The notes under the pieces were generated by a model. It saw only the letters and a program-made list of their open reading frames with translations. It searched no databases and was not told where the DNA came from. The position numbers and the translations under genes were made by a program. This document shows positions 45,599 to 58,538 of a DNA stretch of 64,000 nucleotides, one piece after another (within the stretch, counting starts at the first letter, position 1; every line of letters starts with the position of its first letter). The stretch spans positions 682,001 to 746,000 of the forward strand of contig VRMN01000005.1 in assembly GCA_008690995.1 (NCBI GenBank), in the 5' to 3' direction. This DNA comes from Porphyridium purpureum. Taxonomy: Eukaryota.

Positions 45599-47134
45599 CT
45601 AGCTCTGACCCGCACTGCCCGCAACACTCGAGTTTAACGGGCACGGGCGCTTGTGCTGGATCAATCCGCTGGACCGCCACTCCTTTACGTCAAACGCGTG
45701 CTGTTTGTAAGCGTCAGGGAAGAAAAGACCCCATATATTCGACCAAAACTGCTGGTCACCCCATCGCTGCTCCCGCAGGCCTTCTTTAAAATCTCGATAG
45801 GTGATCGCAAATCGACTAACTTCCGGCGAAGTCGTAAGACCCAGCCAAAAGCCAAAAAAGTTTGCCTCCGGAACAAGTAGGGAAATATCCCACCATACAC
45901 GTTTCTCTGCTTGCGCCTGAAAGCGGGATCCACAGTGCTTCTCTTCCTGGTCCAGGAAGAGGAAGAGGACATCTTTGTTTCTCCCGCCGCAAGAACGATC
46001 TGCTCCGATTTTGCACGTCATGTATGGCGCGTGTGACCGAACCATTTCGTCCACCATTTCAAGCGGAGCGGGCCCGCACGCCATCAGGTCCGTGTCAATT
46101 TTGAACGCAAAGTCAAAATAGTCCATCACCTGTAAGAATGGAAGCCCGAACCCGTACCAATTCGTTGCGTATGTGTACTGGAGCGCAAAATAGCAGCAGT
46201 TTTTGCATCTTGTCTTTTGGACCTCGGCAAACTTCTCAAAAGAGAGCTTCGAGTCCTCACCGAAAACGGGCGGGATAAAGGCCGGCTCGTATGTTACCCA
46301 CACGTGCATTCCCGATTCCTTCGCGACAAAAACGCGATATCCATTGTCCAGGGAATCTAATTGCGCACAAAATGCTCTGTTGTGCTTGGTGTTACAGTCG
46401 AGTACATCAATGGAGCTCGAAATGGTCCCCGCAAAGGCATCAACCGAAGCCTCTGTCCCTTCGAGCAGAACAACCACCATCACGTACGATTTGCTCGGTT
46501 CCGGGCCCAGAAGAAATCGCTGCCACGAGTCCATCACCGCGGCCAGTCCATCCTCGTATCGCTCGCCCATCACCGCGACAACAATAGCACTCCGGGTGTC
46601 GTGCTGAACAGGCACCGGGCGATTCGGCGTGAACTTGAGTTTACGAGTCGTGTGAGAAAGATTCCCTTCGATGACCTCGTGGCAAACATCCCTGTATCCC
46701 TCATGATTGAGCCCGAGGCTCCGATTTCTCCACACTAGAGTCGTACCTGCCTTGATATCCTTGAAAATCAACGTCTGTTTGCTGGCTTCCGTTGCCATTC
46801 CCAACCACGGGCGAGCGCTCTCAAGCAACGAAGGCGCGCGATGTCCTAAAGGAAGGACTCGTGCTGGCCGCATGTTCTCCTCTAGCGCAACGTTCCACTC
46901 GTGCTCGCTTTCAAGCACCCCGACGGGCTCGTTCGAGGCTGGCCACAGAACCGCAATACCAATCAGCGCGCCGAGAAGCACGAGCCCGGCTGCGGCAGCG
47001 AGCCGTACGGAGCGCAGCAACTCCATAGGCGAGGCAAGCGGTCGCAGATTCCGCACAAGCTTTGCGAACAGCAACGCCGAGCCCCCCGGCTCACCGAATA
47101 GGGTTATTCTCAAGAAGCACTCGTGCGGCGACAA
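45599..47134 (-). CDS. GT15/KRE2-like (alpha-1,2-mannosyltransferase-like) glycosyltransferase
   Basis: TM anchor after MELLRSV (likely start ~47026). Motifs DYFDFAFKIDTD, NFFGFWL and EQRWGDQ. Confidence 0.6.
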   Translation of the reverse strand: MSPHECFLRITLFGEPGGSALLFAKLVRNLRPLASPMELLRSVRLAAAAGLVLLGALIGIAVLWPASNEPVGVLESEHEWNVALEENMRPARVLPLGHRAPSLLESARPWLGMATEASKQTLIFKDIKAGTTLVWRNRSLGLNHEGYRDVCHEVIEGNLSHTTRKLKFTPNRPVPVQHDTRSAIVVAVMGERYEDGLAAVMDSWQRFLLGPEPSKSYVMVVVLLEGTEASVDAFAGTISSSIDVLDCNTKHNRAFCAQLDSLDNGYRVFVAKESGMHVWVTYEPAFIPPVFGEDSKLSFEKFAEVQKTRCKNCCYFALQYTYATNWYGFGLPFLQVMDYFDFAFKIDTDLMACGPAPLEMVDEMVRSHAPYMTCKIGADRSCGGRNKDVLFLFLDQEEKHCGSRFQAQAEKRVWWDISLLVPEANFFGFWLGLTTSPEVSRFAITYRDFKEGLREQRWGDQQFWSNIWGLFFPDAYKQHAFDVKEWRSSGLIQHKRPCPLNSSVAGSAGQS

Positions 47135-48672
47135 TCAAACAGGCCCGTACGAGCTTTGCCGCGCAATCCACAGCCGCGCTCTCTGCCGATGCTCATGTCT
47201 CCGAGATCAAGCCCTGCGGGATCAATTGCTAGGGTTTCGGATGGATATGATTTGCATGCCGCTGCAGCTCTCACAGCCACGAACGCTTGTGCGCGCGGCG
47301 CCGCGCACCGCGCCGTGTGGGCGTGCCGGGACGCTTGAGCGAGGCTCGGGCTTCTGCGCGTTGCCACGCAAGCAGCGACGCACAATCTACTGCTGTGACT
47401 GACCGTGCGACTGTGCTGGCGTCACGCCCAGCCCTACTAGCACATTTTCAGTTCCGAGCTGACACACGACTCTCAACCGGTGAACACCACGACGAGTGGA
47501 CTATTCTACGGAGTGCGCAATGACTGTGCCGCCTGCTCAGTGACACATCAAAACATGCACGACGCGCGGCTTGCTCAAAAGTCGAACTGACAAGAGCACG
47601 CTGCTCCGTTCCGCAAAGCGCCGCGGTGCATGCAATCCCCTGACAGACTCAGGTGCTCCCGAGCCTCTGCCTGAAAATTGTGTTCGTGGTTCTGTGCTCG
47701 TGAGGATGTGCGTTGATTGGAGCTTCGCCATCGTTCGAGGCGGCAGTCCGCTTGGCGAGTCTGTAAGTCGATCGCTTGATCTGGGAACCTTCACGCCTTG
47801 GTAGCTTTGAGCATGTTGAGTCAAGAACTAGTTTGCACCTTTTTGCAAATCGCTATCTCGAATGGCGCCAATCAAAGCACGTTCCTCCGGTGAGTGCGGT
47901 TTCTAAGGAAGTTAAAGATGCTCCATTACTCTCGTGCCGAACTATGCTCACAAGCATGCGGCGGCAAACTACAAAACCAATGCTGTCTTCGCTCTGCACC
48001 ATTTTTCTCAAGAGCCCGTGCGGGCGACGCCAAGCTTTGCAAAGTCAGACCTCCAGTCTGCAGCTGCCGTAGCCCGGTTGGCGACTCAATCTGCATTCCG
48101 ATTCAGCACTTGGCCGACAATATTGTACCTACTTTTTGCTCAAATCAAGGTCCATTCTCTGCACACCACTGACGCCAGAGCGGTCGCTCAATGGCCGGGG
48201 CGAGCTCCCGCCGTCTCCTTCGCCGGACCCGAATACTAATGAGGATACGTGCGACCTCCTGCCCAATATTCCTTCAGACGTCAGTCAAAGCTTCTCGACT
48301 TGCAGGCGCTTGCCGGGAGTGCCGTATTGCAGATCCGCAAATCTACGCGGAAGTGTTGCTTTTTTTTCACTGCCCAAGCGCTGCGGGGTATAGCCTTCGC
48401 GATATCATTCTGGACATGTTTTCAAAGACGGCCGCCTGCGCAGGGACACACCCCGCGGCGTGGACAATTGAAATACTGCTCAGCGGTATTGCAAGCACCC
48501 GATGAACATGGATTCCGCTCTCCACTTTTCCCCGGGCTGACAGTGGACGCAGAGCTGCACACACGAATGCTTACCAAGTAGCAGCGGTGCGCATACTGTC
48601 CCTTCTGTGCACTTTGCTTTCATATTCACATCTGCACGCCTCCGCAGTGGATCTGCTGATCCTAGGCTATGA

Positions 48673-50844
48673 TCACTGTGCGAGCATCGCTTCCACTGGT
48701 CGAGCATTCGCACTGGCTTTAGCGTCCGAGTCTTGTTTGGTAAGCTCGCGAATAAACATTGTCGCGTACGCGGCCGGACGCAACGTGAAATTGAGGATCA
48801 GAGCAAGCCGCTCTGGGCCTGCTGTCATGTCGCCGCCTGGGGCCGAATCTACTGGTACGCTCGTTGCGCTCATGGTGACAGCTGCGCGCGACGCTGATGT
48901 GGGCACTTGAACGGGCAGCTCCGTAGAAATCAGGTCCACCTTTTCGTTGCAGTATGTCACAAAGTCAAACTGCACGTCTTGAGCGAACGAGAGCAATCGC
49001 CGATACGATCCAATCAAATTAAACTCTGTGACGGCCGAGTTGGCCGCACTCAAGTCGACCTTATGCTTCTCCAAGAGGGCACTGAGCGCTTCACCCACTT
49101 CGCCTGCAGGTCGAAGCACGTCGTAGCCGACCATGGGAAGCACCACCTGATGAATCGAGATTTGATTTCTCTCGTCGGGCTGCACCACGCGCACCTGCGC
49201 ACGAAAGCTCAGGTCGACCTCAAAACTCGATGCCACATCCAAGTCACCAACCTTGTTCGCAACAACAAGGTCACCAGGCTCGGCATACTCGCGGCAGCGC
49301 CCGGGCTGCATCCGCACCGTCGCCATCGAGTTCCACAGAAAGCTTTGCACAGCATGCACATACATTTTTCTTAAATTAAAGGGAATCGCCGAGAAGGCGG
49401 CTTTGTGGTCCACGATGCCTCCTTGTTTGCTGTAGCTCTCCAAGAGGCGTTTTTCGAGACCGCCGTTGCCTCGGCACGCAGGAAGTGTGCGCAGCGCTTC
49501 TTGCGCAGAAATGGTGTTGTCAAGAAAAGAATGCATCACCTTCAGCTTTGCTTCGCGCTCGGGATATATTTGCTTCGATGGATCACCGTCAGTTGGGTCA
49601 AATGGCGTCATGATCATCCGGCAAGCCTTTGCAAAATCATTGCGGAGCACTTCAAAGCCAATCACATGTGTGGCGTATGCGCCCGACCCGAAGCGCTGCA
49701 AGCCAAAATAGTTGATGAAGCCACGCGTGGACACATTCCTGATGGCGCGCTCAATAGTGCTGCGCAAATGCGGCACATCGTCTTCGGACTTTTCTCGACC
49801 ACTCAGCGCTCGCAGCACAATGGTGAACTTGTTTCCCAGCAGATCCCCCAACGCCAGTCGCCCTGTCTTGGCTAGGTTCGCATTCCCGACACGTGCGTCT
49901 CGCAAGGCGCCGTTCAACTGCAAGATGCGTTCCGGGCTGAAGCCTCGGACCACTACGAACTGGAACGTGATGGCGCGCTTGTCCTTTGTGCCCGCCGTCG
50001 AAAGCCGCGACACCGGCACATTGAGAAGCTTTGCCACGCTGCACAACACGTCGTGAGTGTCTCGATTTCGTTTTGCAAGCACAAATTCAACATCTGCCAC
50101 ATGATAATTGACCCGCTTGGACACACGATCCGTTCCCGGGTCAGATGAATCTGGCTTGCGCTTGCGCTGCGCCGACGTCTGGAAAGTCACCAAGATGCGC
50201 TTCACCCCACCGTGTTCTTGGACTGCGCTGTCGAGCTGAGCGTGAGCTTCGCGAACTGCCAGATGCAGCGCCCTGCGAAAGGCTTTGTCGTCGATCTTGT
50301 CCACACCTTCAATCACCACGAACCGAGTCTTGGATTCCGCGTGCGCTCCGTCTCGCGCGAGCTCAGCCAGCTGTAAGGCTCGCTCGACTCCAATCAGCTC
50401 TGCGAGCTGGGCATCTGGTTCTAGCCGCATTCCTTGAACTGCTTTCCCGTCGTCGCGGGCCGCAGCCGCATTGCGCGGCGATGCAGCTGGCATGTCAATC
50501 GACACGGCGTCAGCACATGCATGATTAACTGAAGCACCTTCGCTGTGTCCCGGCTGCGAGCCGCTACCCTTACAATTTTCGTCACCATCCTGATCCTCTT
50601 GATCGGCGCGCGGCGCAGCAGGCTTGCCAGGCTGTGGCACATCTCCGCCTGCCTGCGGTGAAGCGGGAGCCGGTGCTGGTACTAGTGCGGGTGCCGCGGC
50701 CAGAGCAGGGAGCGCGGCGACGCGGCCGTCTGGCGCGATCTCGCGCACAACAAAGTCTGCAAACCTGTCGCGGACCAGCGCACTGAACGGCTCGTGGTCG
50801 CTCACGAACGCCACAATGCCGACTCCAGCCTCCTCCACGTTCAT
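48673..50844 (-). CDS. PUS7: TruD-family pseudouridine synthase
   Basis: RFADFVVREI, catalytic TAGTKDKRAIT, LGDLLGNKFTIVLR, GFINYFGLQRFG, MYVHAVQSFLWN, YATMFIREL. Likely start MNVEEAG; the ORF is open up to 51087. Confidence 0.93.
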   Translation of the reverse strand: MNVEEAGVGIVAFVSDHEPFSALVRDRFADFVVREIAPDGRVAALPALAAAPALVPAPAPASPQAGGDVPQPGKPAAPRADQEDQDGDENCKGSGSQPGHSEGASVNHACADAVSIDMPAASPRNAAAARDDGKAVQGMRLEPDAQLAELIGVERALQLAELARDGAHAESKTRFVVIEGVDKIDDKAFRRALHLAVREAHAQLDSAVQEHGGVKRILVTFQTSAQRKRKPDSSDPGTDRVSKRVNYHVADVEFVLAKRNRDTHDVLCSVAKLLNVPVSRLSTAGTKDKRAITFQFVVVRGFSPERILQLNGALRDARVGNANLAKTGRLALGDLLGNKFTIVLRALSGREKSEDDVPHLRSTIERAIRNVSTRGFINYFGLQRFGSGAYATHVIGFEVLRNDFAKACRMIMTPFDPTDGDPSKQIYPEREAKLKVMHSFLDNTISAQEALRTLPACRGNGGLEKRLLESYSKQGGIVDHKAAFSAIPFNLRKMYVHAVQSFLWNSMATVRMQPGRCREYAEPGDLVVANKVGDLDVASSFEVDLSFRAQVRVVQPDERNQISIHQVVLPMVGYDVLRPAGEVGEALSALLEKHKVDLSAANSAVTEFNLIGSYRRLLSFAQDVQFDFVTYCNEKVDLISTELPVQVPTSASRAAVTMSATSVPVDSAPGGDMTAGPERLALILNFTLRPAAYATMFIRELTKQDSDAKASANARPVEAMLAQ

Positions 50845-51172
50845 CTCATCGTCGCTCTGCCGTCGATCCCCGACTACTGTCGAGTGCGCCGCCAGTCGCC
50901 GGCGTCGGTTCTCAGAGTCACCAGAAGCACGCCTTTTAAAAGGAAACTCCGATCCAGGTCGAGCCGTGTGTCCGCGCCAACAAGCAGTGCCGTGCCGGAC
51001 GTTCCAGTCACACGCGCACACAGCGCAGCAGGCGACGGGCCTGACGCTTGCCGCGACGCGTGGCTTGCAAGACGCGTACGATGACACTCAGACTGGGTGT
51101 GAATTCGTAGCTGTCATTGGGATGTTCAAGTTTGCAGCGCGGACAGGCAAACGCCGCAGAACGAGCGCTCTG

Positions 51173-51221
51173 GTTCGACGCGGCCGTTCGACGCGGCCGT
51201 TCGACGCGGCCGTTCGACGCG
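51173..51221 (+). repeat. 13-bp tandem repeat GTTCGACGCGGCC x~3.7 upstream of PUS7
   Basis: Read directly from the sequence. Confidence 0.85.
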
Positions 51222-53644
51222 AACAACAGAACATCAGTGGGTATGGTGCAGGCGATTATCACGTACTGAATCAGAGTTGCGCGCCTGCTTCGCCTGCAAG
51301 GTGTGCTCGACCTCGTCGTGGTGATACACTGGTACGATGCCAACGCGTGCGCGCCCCATGGAAAAGTGCAAGCCCTACCGGCCGGGCTGTGTGCTCGCGT
51401 CGGGTGCTATGGCCTGGGAAGCTGCTTCGCCGCACGGCAAGCGCGAGCACTACCTCTACACGCGGCCCGCTCAGTTGTTTTGTCGCGGCCGCCGCGATCG
51501 GATGGTCTGCGTGATCATTCGCGAAACGTCCGACACCACTTCCTTTGAGCAAACTCGCGAGGTCTGACCCAGAGCGCAGCGCGCCATGAGTGCGTCTGAG
51601 CAGCTTGATGGCGAGACCGGATGCTCCTATCACGAGGTGCTGTCGGTCTGCCAAATTGTAGCGAGCTGACGGGGGCGGACATATGACCATCACTTCGGGC
51701 GGGAGGCGCTGCTGTACGGCTGTGCGCGTATTGTGCAGCGCCACGAGCATTACAAGTAAATGTACGCTGATCTGCCGGCACTCATAGCATCGGACCGCAC
51801 ACTGTTACAAGCAGTCGTCGAACATGCCGCATGCGAGACGCGGACAAAGCTACTCGCGTCGGAAAAGCTCCCAGTCACGTTCCGGACCCGCCGAATCAAA
51901 TTGGAGATGGAGCTGGACCACGCTGTTCCAGAACAAAAAGTGCAGCGCGTTCATTTGTCTGCGAGTGCTGAGCCTATCGAGAGGCACGGACTAGCCTTAG
52001 CCCGCTTTCTCTGAGTACCTTTGCCGGAGATCCAGAGCCAATGACTGGATCAGCAGAATCAATTTGGCCGCGTGCGAACATGCTTGAGTTCTTGGTGATC
52101 GTACGTAGGCTCGTGAGCGAATCAGTCGACACTTGATTACGGAGCCATCCCTTCTTCCGCCGTCCTCTTCATCACAGAGTCGATCGTTGGTGTCGCAATG
52201 TGCTCAGCGCTAAATGCAGCCCTTAAGATCGCAAGCCGCGGATATATTGAGCACTTGAAGCAGATGCAATGTAAACGATCAGGCCGATTCGGAAAATGGC
52301 CCTCGCAGCTGCACGCTCACGCATTTCGCACTGTCACGAACCCACATTGTCACAAGAATTCTTGCGCGCGCTGTTGTGGCTGAAGACAAATTGTTTGCTC
52401 TCTTCAACTTGGACTTCACATGCGTCATTACGTGCTGATGAAGGAAGTCACTCCGTATCAGCCTACTGATAAAATCTGCCGTGATGACCACAACACGCTG
52501 CAGAACGGGCGTATGAAGCGCAGAAAAGTGCTTCTATCCATAATCAGTTGTTACACTGCGTATTTCGAGATAGTTCGTAAACATCCGACTTCCACGCGCT
52601 TATCCATATCCGGCTGCTCCACGAGGCCTGCGTGCTCTTTCTTCACGCTTCTCTGACTGGTCTCCCAGCAGTTGCCACCGCCTCTTCAAATGCCCACTGC
52701 CATTTCGCCTGTTGCGCAGGATGGCCCCGCGTGCTACGCAGTTCCATTTCCAGACTTTCCATTTCGGTTGGATGGGGATTCACGTCTTGTTCTAGATGGG
52801 CACTGTGCTGGGGAGTTAGCATCCTGATCACTCTGACAACACTTACCTGAGTAAGCACCCACAAAGTAACTTTGTCTAGGGGCACGTCACGAAGGCGCTC
52901 AAAGTATGTCTATGTAGCGGTTCGCGTCTTGTGATCGTTCTGAGCACCAGCCGAGCCCCTTTCTCTGTCCGTTCGATGACGACCCACACGCACAAAGGAG
53001 ACTGCGGGGCACCAAAGCACCTTCTCAAAGTGTCAACTAGACCATGCGACGCTTTGGATCATGTCTCTAGGCCTTCCTGATTCGGCGGTCGCAGAGCACG
53101 TAAAGCCCACATATCCCAGACGCGCCCCCAAAGACAGGAAGCGCCACGTGCAGAAGCATGCCCGCAGTAGCCTGTCTGTGCATACTCCTCCGCGAAGCAG
53201 CGCATTCTTTGACCGCTCCACAGTCGACACGTCTCAGGTTCGTCAGGAGTATACTGACCCCCCACTACACTTTCGCCTTTGTCACGGAAGACAACCATAG
53301 GCGCAAGGTGAGCGCTGGCATCGAAAACGGTACTGCTTTGGCCTGCCATAAGAAATGCACTGAAGGAAGACTTACCTTTGGCTTGCACAAGGCCACGTTC
53401 AATATCGGGCTTGGCAGGTACAATCTCGATACCCGCAAGCACAACGCGCTAGGTCCCGACTGTGTTTCAGATCCAAAAAAAATTCAAGGTCAGACTGGGA
53501 CATCGGAAGATGAAATCATTCATCAGAGTGTGCCAGCTCGAGCCGCCCCTGTGTCGACCTCGTACCGCGACAGGGCTGAACTCTGAACTGAGCAGTTGTC
53601 TCGCCGTTTCTTCTTCTCTCTTTCAATGCTTTCCGCGAGATCTG

Positions 53645-55504
53645 CTATCGTAAGGAACGCGTCGAGTATCCTCTGGCGCAGAACAAACGATCAAGAGGAT
53701 GCCCGGGTGACTGCTGACGCATTAGCTCACCACTTTCGTGATTACTCCTCGTGCTCAGAATAGATGCGTTCGCTCGAGGAAACGCATCCAGGATAGCTCT
53801 CGTCCAGAGCGGAATATTATGTGCGACGCGAGAAGAAAAGACTACGCGCTTCAGGGTGTCTGGATCGTCTGCAATATCAGCGGCCTTTTTCAACAGCAAC
53901 TTGGAAAATGCCTTGGCAATGGTGAAATGTTTCAGGAACACCCCGCTTGAGTCTGTATCGCACATCGCTGCGCGGTAGGGGCCTCTCGGGATTTGCTCAA
54001 CTTCATGAACCGAAGCGGGCCAGAATCCGTTCCAAACATTGCAACGCATTGCAAACTTCCTGCCATTGAAAAAGCTTCTTTTGCATGACTCAATAATGCT
54101 TTCTGTTGATCGGTTTTTGTAGAGGGCATCGAGCGCCGTAATGCTGAGCTGACTACTACCTGTAGCCCTAAACAGAGCATGTTTCTCCATCCAAAGAGAG
54201 CTAACTCGCTTCATGTTCGCGAGGTAAAAGGTCAAGGAATGATCAGCGGCGAGTTCATTGTCCATCACCTGTACTGGATGTGCAAGCTGAGACACCACGG
54301 ACTCCAAAGAGTCGTTATTCGTACTGAACACCCGCTCTGACCCAAATGAGATCGCTTGCGCAAAGTGTCCAAAAACTTCATTCCAAGACATGTCTTCGAA
54401 AGGCCATGTCAGCACTTCGTCGAGATCCACAAAAAGCACCCACTCACTATTGAGATGCATGGCTTTCAGCCAGCAGTCAAGTTGAGCCAATCGCTGGCCA
54501 TGGTAGTGTGACTTGCCGTTCCAGCCGTCGAGGAATATCGTCTCTAAACGAGGATGCGCTCCACGAACAGCGAGACTCAAAACCTCGCTGTCCGAATAGA
54601 CAAACAAATGATCCATCCCGTGCACCTCTTGATAGTACTGGGCATACTGTGCGACGTACGAGCGAAAGCGATGCATCTGGTGGACGAATTGGGCACCAAA
54701 TAAAGTCGGTACGCACACAGTTAGCCCACGTGGCTTGTACGGTCGCAGCGTACGCGCAAATTCGGTACGAATGTCCAGAAAGCGAATAGCATGCTGAGAT
54801 TTCACTGCGGATTGAAAGTGCTTTTCCACGCGCCCCAAATCGAAGAAGCATAATACGACAGCAGCGCCCCATCTGCCGCGCTCCTCCTTAAAATTCATCT
54901 TTATCCACACCGTCTGGGATTCAAGCATATTGTCGATCACGCACGCATCCTGGAGCTCTTGAATGTGCGCCGTGGCGTTTGTAAACACATACTCGAGACG
55001 GTACGATACGATGGCCACAACGAAACCTTCTGGATCGACGCCAGTCGACGGCGGCACGCGCTCCGTGCTGTAAGGCAACGCATACGCTTTCAGCCACAAT
55101 CCTTCTTCTTCCTCAGTTGTCATTTCTCCCGCGCCCAAGCGAGCTAATCGCTGGCCTTCTGAATACGAACGGCTTGGAACATCTTCGTGTCGTGGAGCAA
55201 AGTCGGACTTCACATTTTGAGCGCAAAGCGACACGATGAACGAGATGGGCACTAAAACCATCCAAGACCGGCACACGCAAGACGATCTACTTCGCGGCAC
55301 GCGCCCGAGGCATCTTGAGCTCACAGTGCGCGTACCCAACATCGCACTTGCGTCACAAGTTTCGGCAATCTGCCTGCCACGACCATCAGGTCGCATGAAA
55401 TCCCAAAGGCACCTCAACAACAAAGGAAGGAAAGTGCGCGGCAACCCGCCGAGGCAACGGGCGCATCCCTGACTTGGAGAGAAGGTTCCTTTCACAAGGA
55501 CCAC
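53645..55504 (-). CDS. GT92/DUF23-like glycosyltransferase
   Basis: LTVCVPTLFG, YYQEVHGMDHLFVY, GQRLAQLDC and WVLFVDLDEVL (DxD) motifs; hydrophobic anchor. True start is probably downstream of 55504. Confidence 0.7.
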   Translation of the reverse strand: MVLVKGTFSPSQGCARCLGGLPRTFLPLLLRCLWDFMRPDGRGRQIAETCDASAMLGTRTVSSRCLGRVPRSRSSCVCRSWMVLVPISFIVSLCAQNVKSDFAPRHEDVPSRSYSEGQRLARLGAGEMTTEEEEGLWLKAYALPYSTERVPPSTGVDPEGFVVAIVSYRLEYVFTNATAHIQELQDACVIDNMLESQTVWIKMNFKEERGRWGAAVVLCFFDLGRVEKHFQSAVKSQHAIRFLDIRTEFARTLRPYKPRGLTVCVPTLFGAQFVHQMHRFRSYVAQYAQYYQEVHGMDHLFVYSDSEVLSLAVRGAHPRLETIFLDGWNGKSHYHGQRLAQLDCWLKAMHLNSEWVLFVDLDEVLTWPFEDMSWNEVFGHFAQAISFGSERVFSTNNDSLESVVSQLAHPVQVMDNELAADHSLTFYLANMKRVSSLWMEKHALFRATGSSQLSITALDALYKNRSTESIIESCKRSFFNGRKFAMRCNVWNGFWPASVHEVEQIPRGPYRAAMCDTDSSGVFLKHFTIAKAFSKLLLKKAADIADDPDTLKRVVFSSRVAHNIPLWTRAILDAFPRANASILSTRSNHESGELMRQQSPGHPLDRLFCARGYSTRSLR

Positions 55505-58500
55505 GTGGGGAACCGTGGCGCAAGCCTGCGGTTATGCGACTCTTCACGCGTACGTAATTCTTTCAATTACAAGCTTGACCTTCTGAATCAACGCTTGAGC
55601 AAATGCGCACATTGTTGGCGCGAGCGTCGTTAAATCGCTGTGTGCAGCCTCGGCTAGACTCCAGCTGACAGAAGATTCGATCGATCGCCTCGCGATGCGA
55701 GATGCAGACGGCCCGCGGGAAAAGGATTAGCACCACAGCTGGCGTGCAACCCGCGAATGAGACACAGAACGGTGAGACACGTCCGGAAGCTCTCAACATG
55801 GACAACGACTAGAGGTGAGGCTACTGATCTCATTCTCACTTTCCGAGTTGTGTTTGAGGTTTTGGCGAGCAATAGATCGATCCTTTATCTGCTTGATTCG
55901 CAGCCTGCGCGACAGAGCGATCTTGGCGCTGGCGCGAGGGCAGATGGGCGCGGTAAACAGGCGTCGTTCGTAAAGCGCCTTGCTCCTGCACCAATACGGA
56001 GCAAACTCATTGGCCATGAGGGCCTGTTGATCGCAATGCTGAAGCGATCTTTCGAGATACCAACTGACCATTCACGTACGTACGCGCCCGGCGATGGTCG
56101 TCACCTGACCAACACGGCATTCCTGGTTCAAAATCTGTCGTCGGGTGACACCAGGACACTCGCTCGACACGGCGAGTGAGAGTCCCTGAGTGATGGTGTC
56201 GAGATTCTGGATCGACAGAGGGAGGCTCGAGATGAGTAAGGGCGGTGGTTCCAGCTGTGTTTGCACCGCGCATCGTGCACTCGCGAATGCCAGGACGTGG
56301 TACTCGTTGGGAACATTGTGTGGCTACTTGAGCTCGTGGAAATCAACACGCGTCTGTGCTTTCCGACGCGCACACAACACAAACCGTTGCTGTCGCATTG
56401 GTTAATCCGGAGGCTGATAGTTTTTAGAAAGCAGACCGGTTCTTGTCGCTGAACGACCAGGCAAAAGAATCATTTATGGCCGTGACGGACCCGATCGGGT
56501 AAAAGCAGAGGAGCACGGCCATGTGTGGCGACTCAGTTACAGAGGACGATTCACTTGCACAAGCAAATTATTCTCGCGTCGTTCAGAATAAGAGCTTGGA
56601 GACAGAGCCCCTGCCATTTTCCAGTGTGTCGTTCGCTGGTGCCGCGTGACGAAATAGACCACTTCTCAGTTTTTCACTGCGAAGTTCACGAACTCGAGAA
56701 GAAGCAGAATCTTGTGCCGGGCGTGCTGGGCTGCGCGCGTACGGTAGATCTGCTGGTACGCACCCGGTATGCCGCGAGCGAAACTTGGGAGCCTGCCCTG
56801 TTTGACAGTCGTGCTCCGACTGGACGTTTGGAGAGCCTGACAGTGTGTCTCACTCGGCGCATCCCGTTCCAGTGCGCAGCGGAGCGCACAAGCTCGACAC
56901 TGCAGAGAGTGGATTTGTTAGAGCAAATTGGTTCATTTCAAGTCACAAGGTTCCGCTAAATCCTTGTCGGAGAAGTTCTTCGCCTTTTGTTGGAGCTGCA
57001 AGGTAACGCGATGGTCGGTGCGCTGGACTTTGACTAGCAACACCGGCGGTGCAAACGTGCAACAGAGCATTGGCAGAGCGTTGTTTTGAGCGAGGAACCT
57101 GCTCCATTGTGCTGTTTCACGTAAGCCTGACTTCAAGCGATCAGGCTCTGTTGTGTTTGATCCGAGACGCGCTAAACGCCGTGCTTGGCGACAGGCGCTC
57201 TCCGCGTGGGGGCGAAAGTCATGCGTCCGTACGCTTCGCCCGTCAATTTTACTGCCCACACCGTGTTGGAAATCTGTTTGACACACCGCGGAAAGTGTGT
57301 GCGAGAAGATCGAATATTGTCTTGTGAACCGGCGCTCTTTGTGGTCGTTCGATCCGGCTATAACCTGTCCGCTTATGAATGAGAGCTTTCTTGTCATTGT
57401 AATTACTTCTGTGGACGCTCTCGCGAAGTTGAGACATCATGGGTCGAATCGAACGCGCTTAGGTTTTCATAAATTGTGGCCAGGACGCGCGTTCATGTCA
57501 ACTTTGACGACGATGAGTACGGTCTGCTGTTCGCGGATAGGAAATGGTCCGACCATGGCCAGCAAGTGATTTCACAATAGGCACTTCCGGTGGAGCGTCG
57601 GGTTGCGCTTCTGGCGCGCTTACTAGGGACCGGAGGATTCTGCTTTTATTTTGGCAATATAGGTCTCACATTGAGTCTGCCCGGTCAGGGAAGTGGATGT
57701 CGAGTTTGCATGGATCCGAGCAGCGATGATACAGGCGACAGCAGAAATCAGTCTGATGGCACTGTCGCCACCGGCGTGATTATGAAATATCTCCGAGCGG
57801 CGACCAAGTTGTTCTTTCAGTAGGAGATGGTCCCGATTGCATCCTCTGGACATGCTGCGGCATTTGAGACGCTTTCATTCGGCACTCTGTGCAGCGCGCT
57901 GCAGCGCAAATAGGATATACAATGTGTACGCTTGGCCCGACTCGTGGATAGTTTTGAGATTGTACACGTGCCGCAACGCGGCGTCTGTATTCACGTGTTC
58001 CGAGTACGCAGAGCAGGGGACTTACCTGGATGAATGAGCCGTAGCGAGAAAGGGGAAATCGTCATGGTTTGAAATGATTCTGCGAGTCAGCCGGAATGGT
58101 CCCCGACTGGGTGGGTCTTCAGTCAGAAGCTAAACGAGGCCAAGAAGATGCTTGAACTTGCCGCGTTGCTTTGCCAGGAGACACAGCAACACACACGTGC
58201 GGCGGGCGAGCCTGAATTGTACGGTGGAAGGTTTTATGTGCGCGACAAAATGTATGCGGGTCTGCTCAATGACACTCACAAATTTGAGGCGGCGTGAAGT
58301 CGAATTGAAGCTTCCGTGGCGGAAGAATGGTAAGGGAACATTCGGCGCGCGAGAGGCCAAACAAGACGCGAGACAATTACTCACCGGACCGCTCTTGCGA
58401 GTTTCGAAGTATTTCGTGTTTCACTAAAACTCTCATCACTTCTTAGTTTATAGCAGCAGCTCAACCAACCAGGTACACGCACTCAACAGCTTTTTTTCTA

Positions 58501-58538
58501 CACGGCACAAATATGTTTGAGTTTTTTGCACTAGTGGG

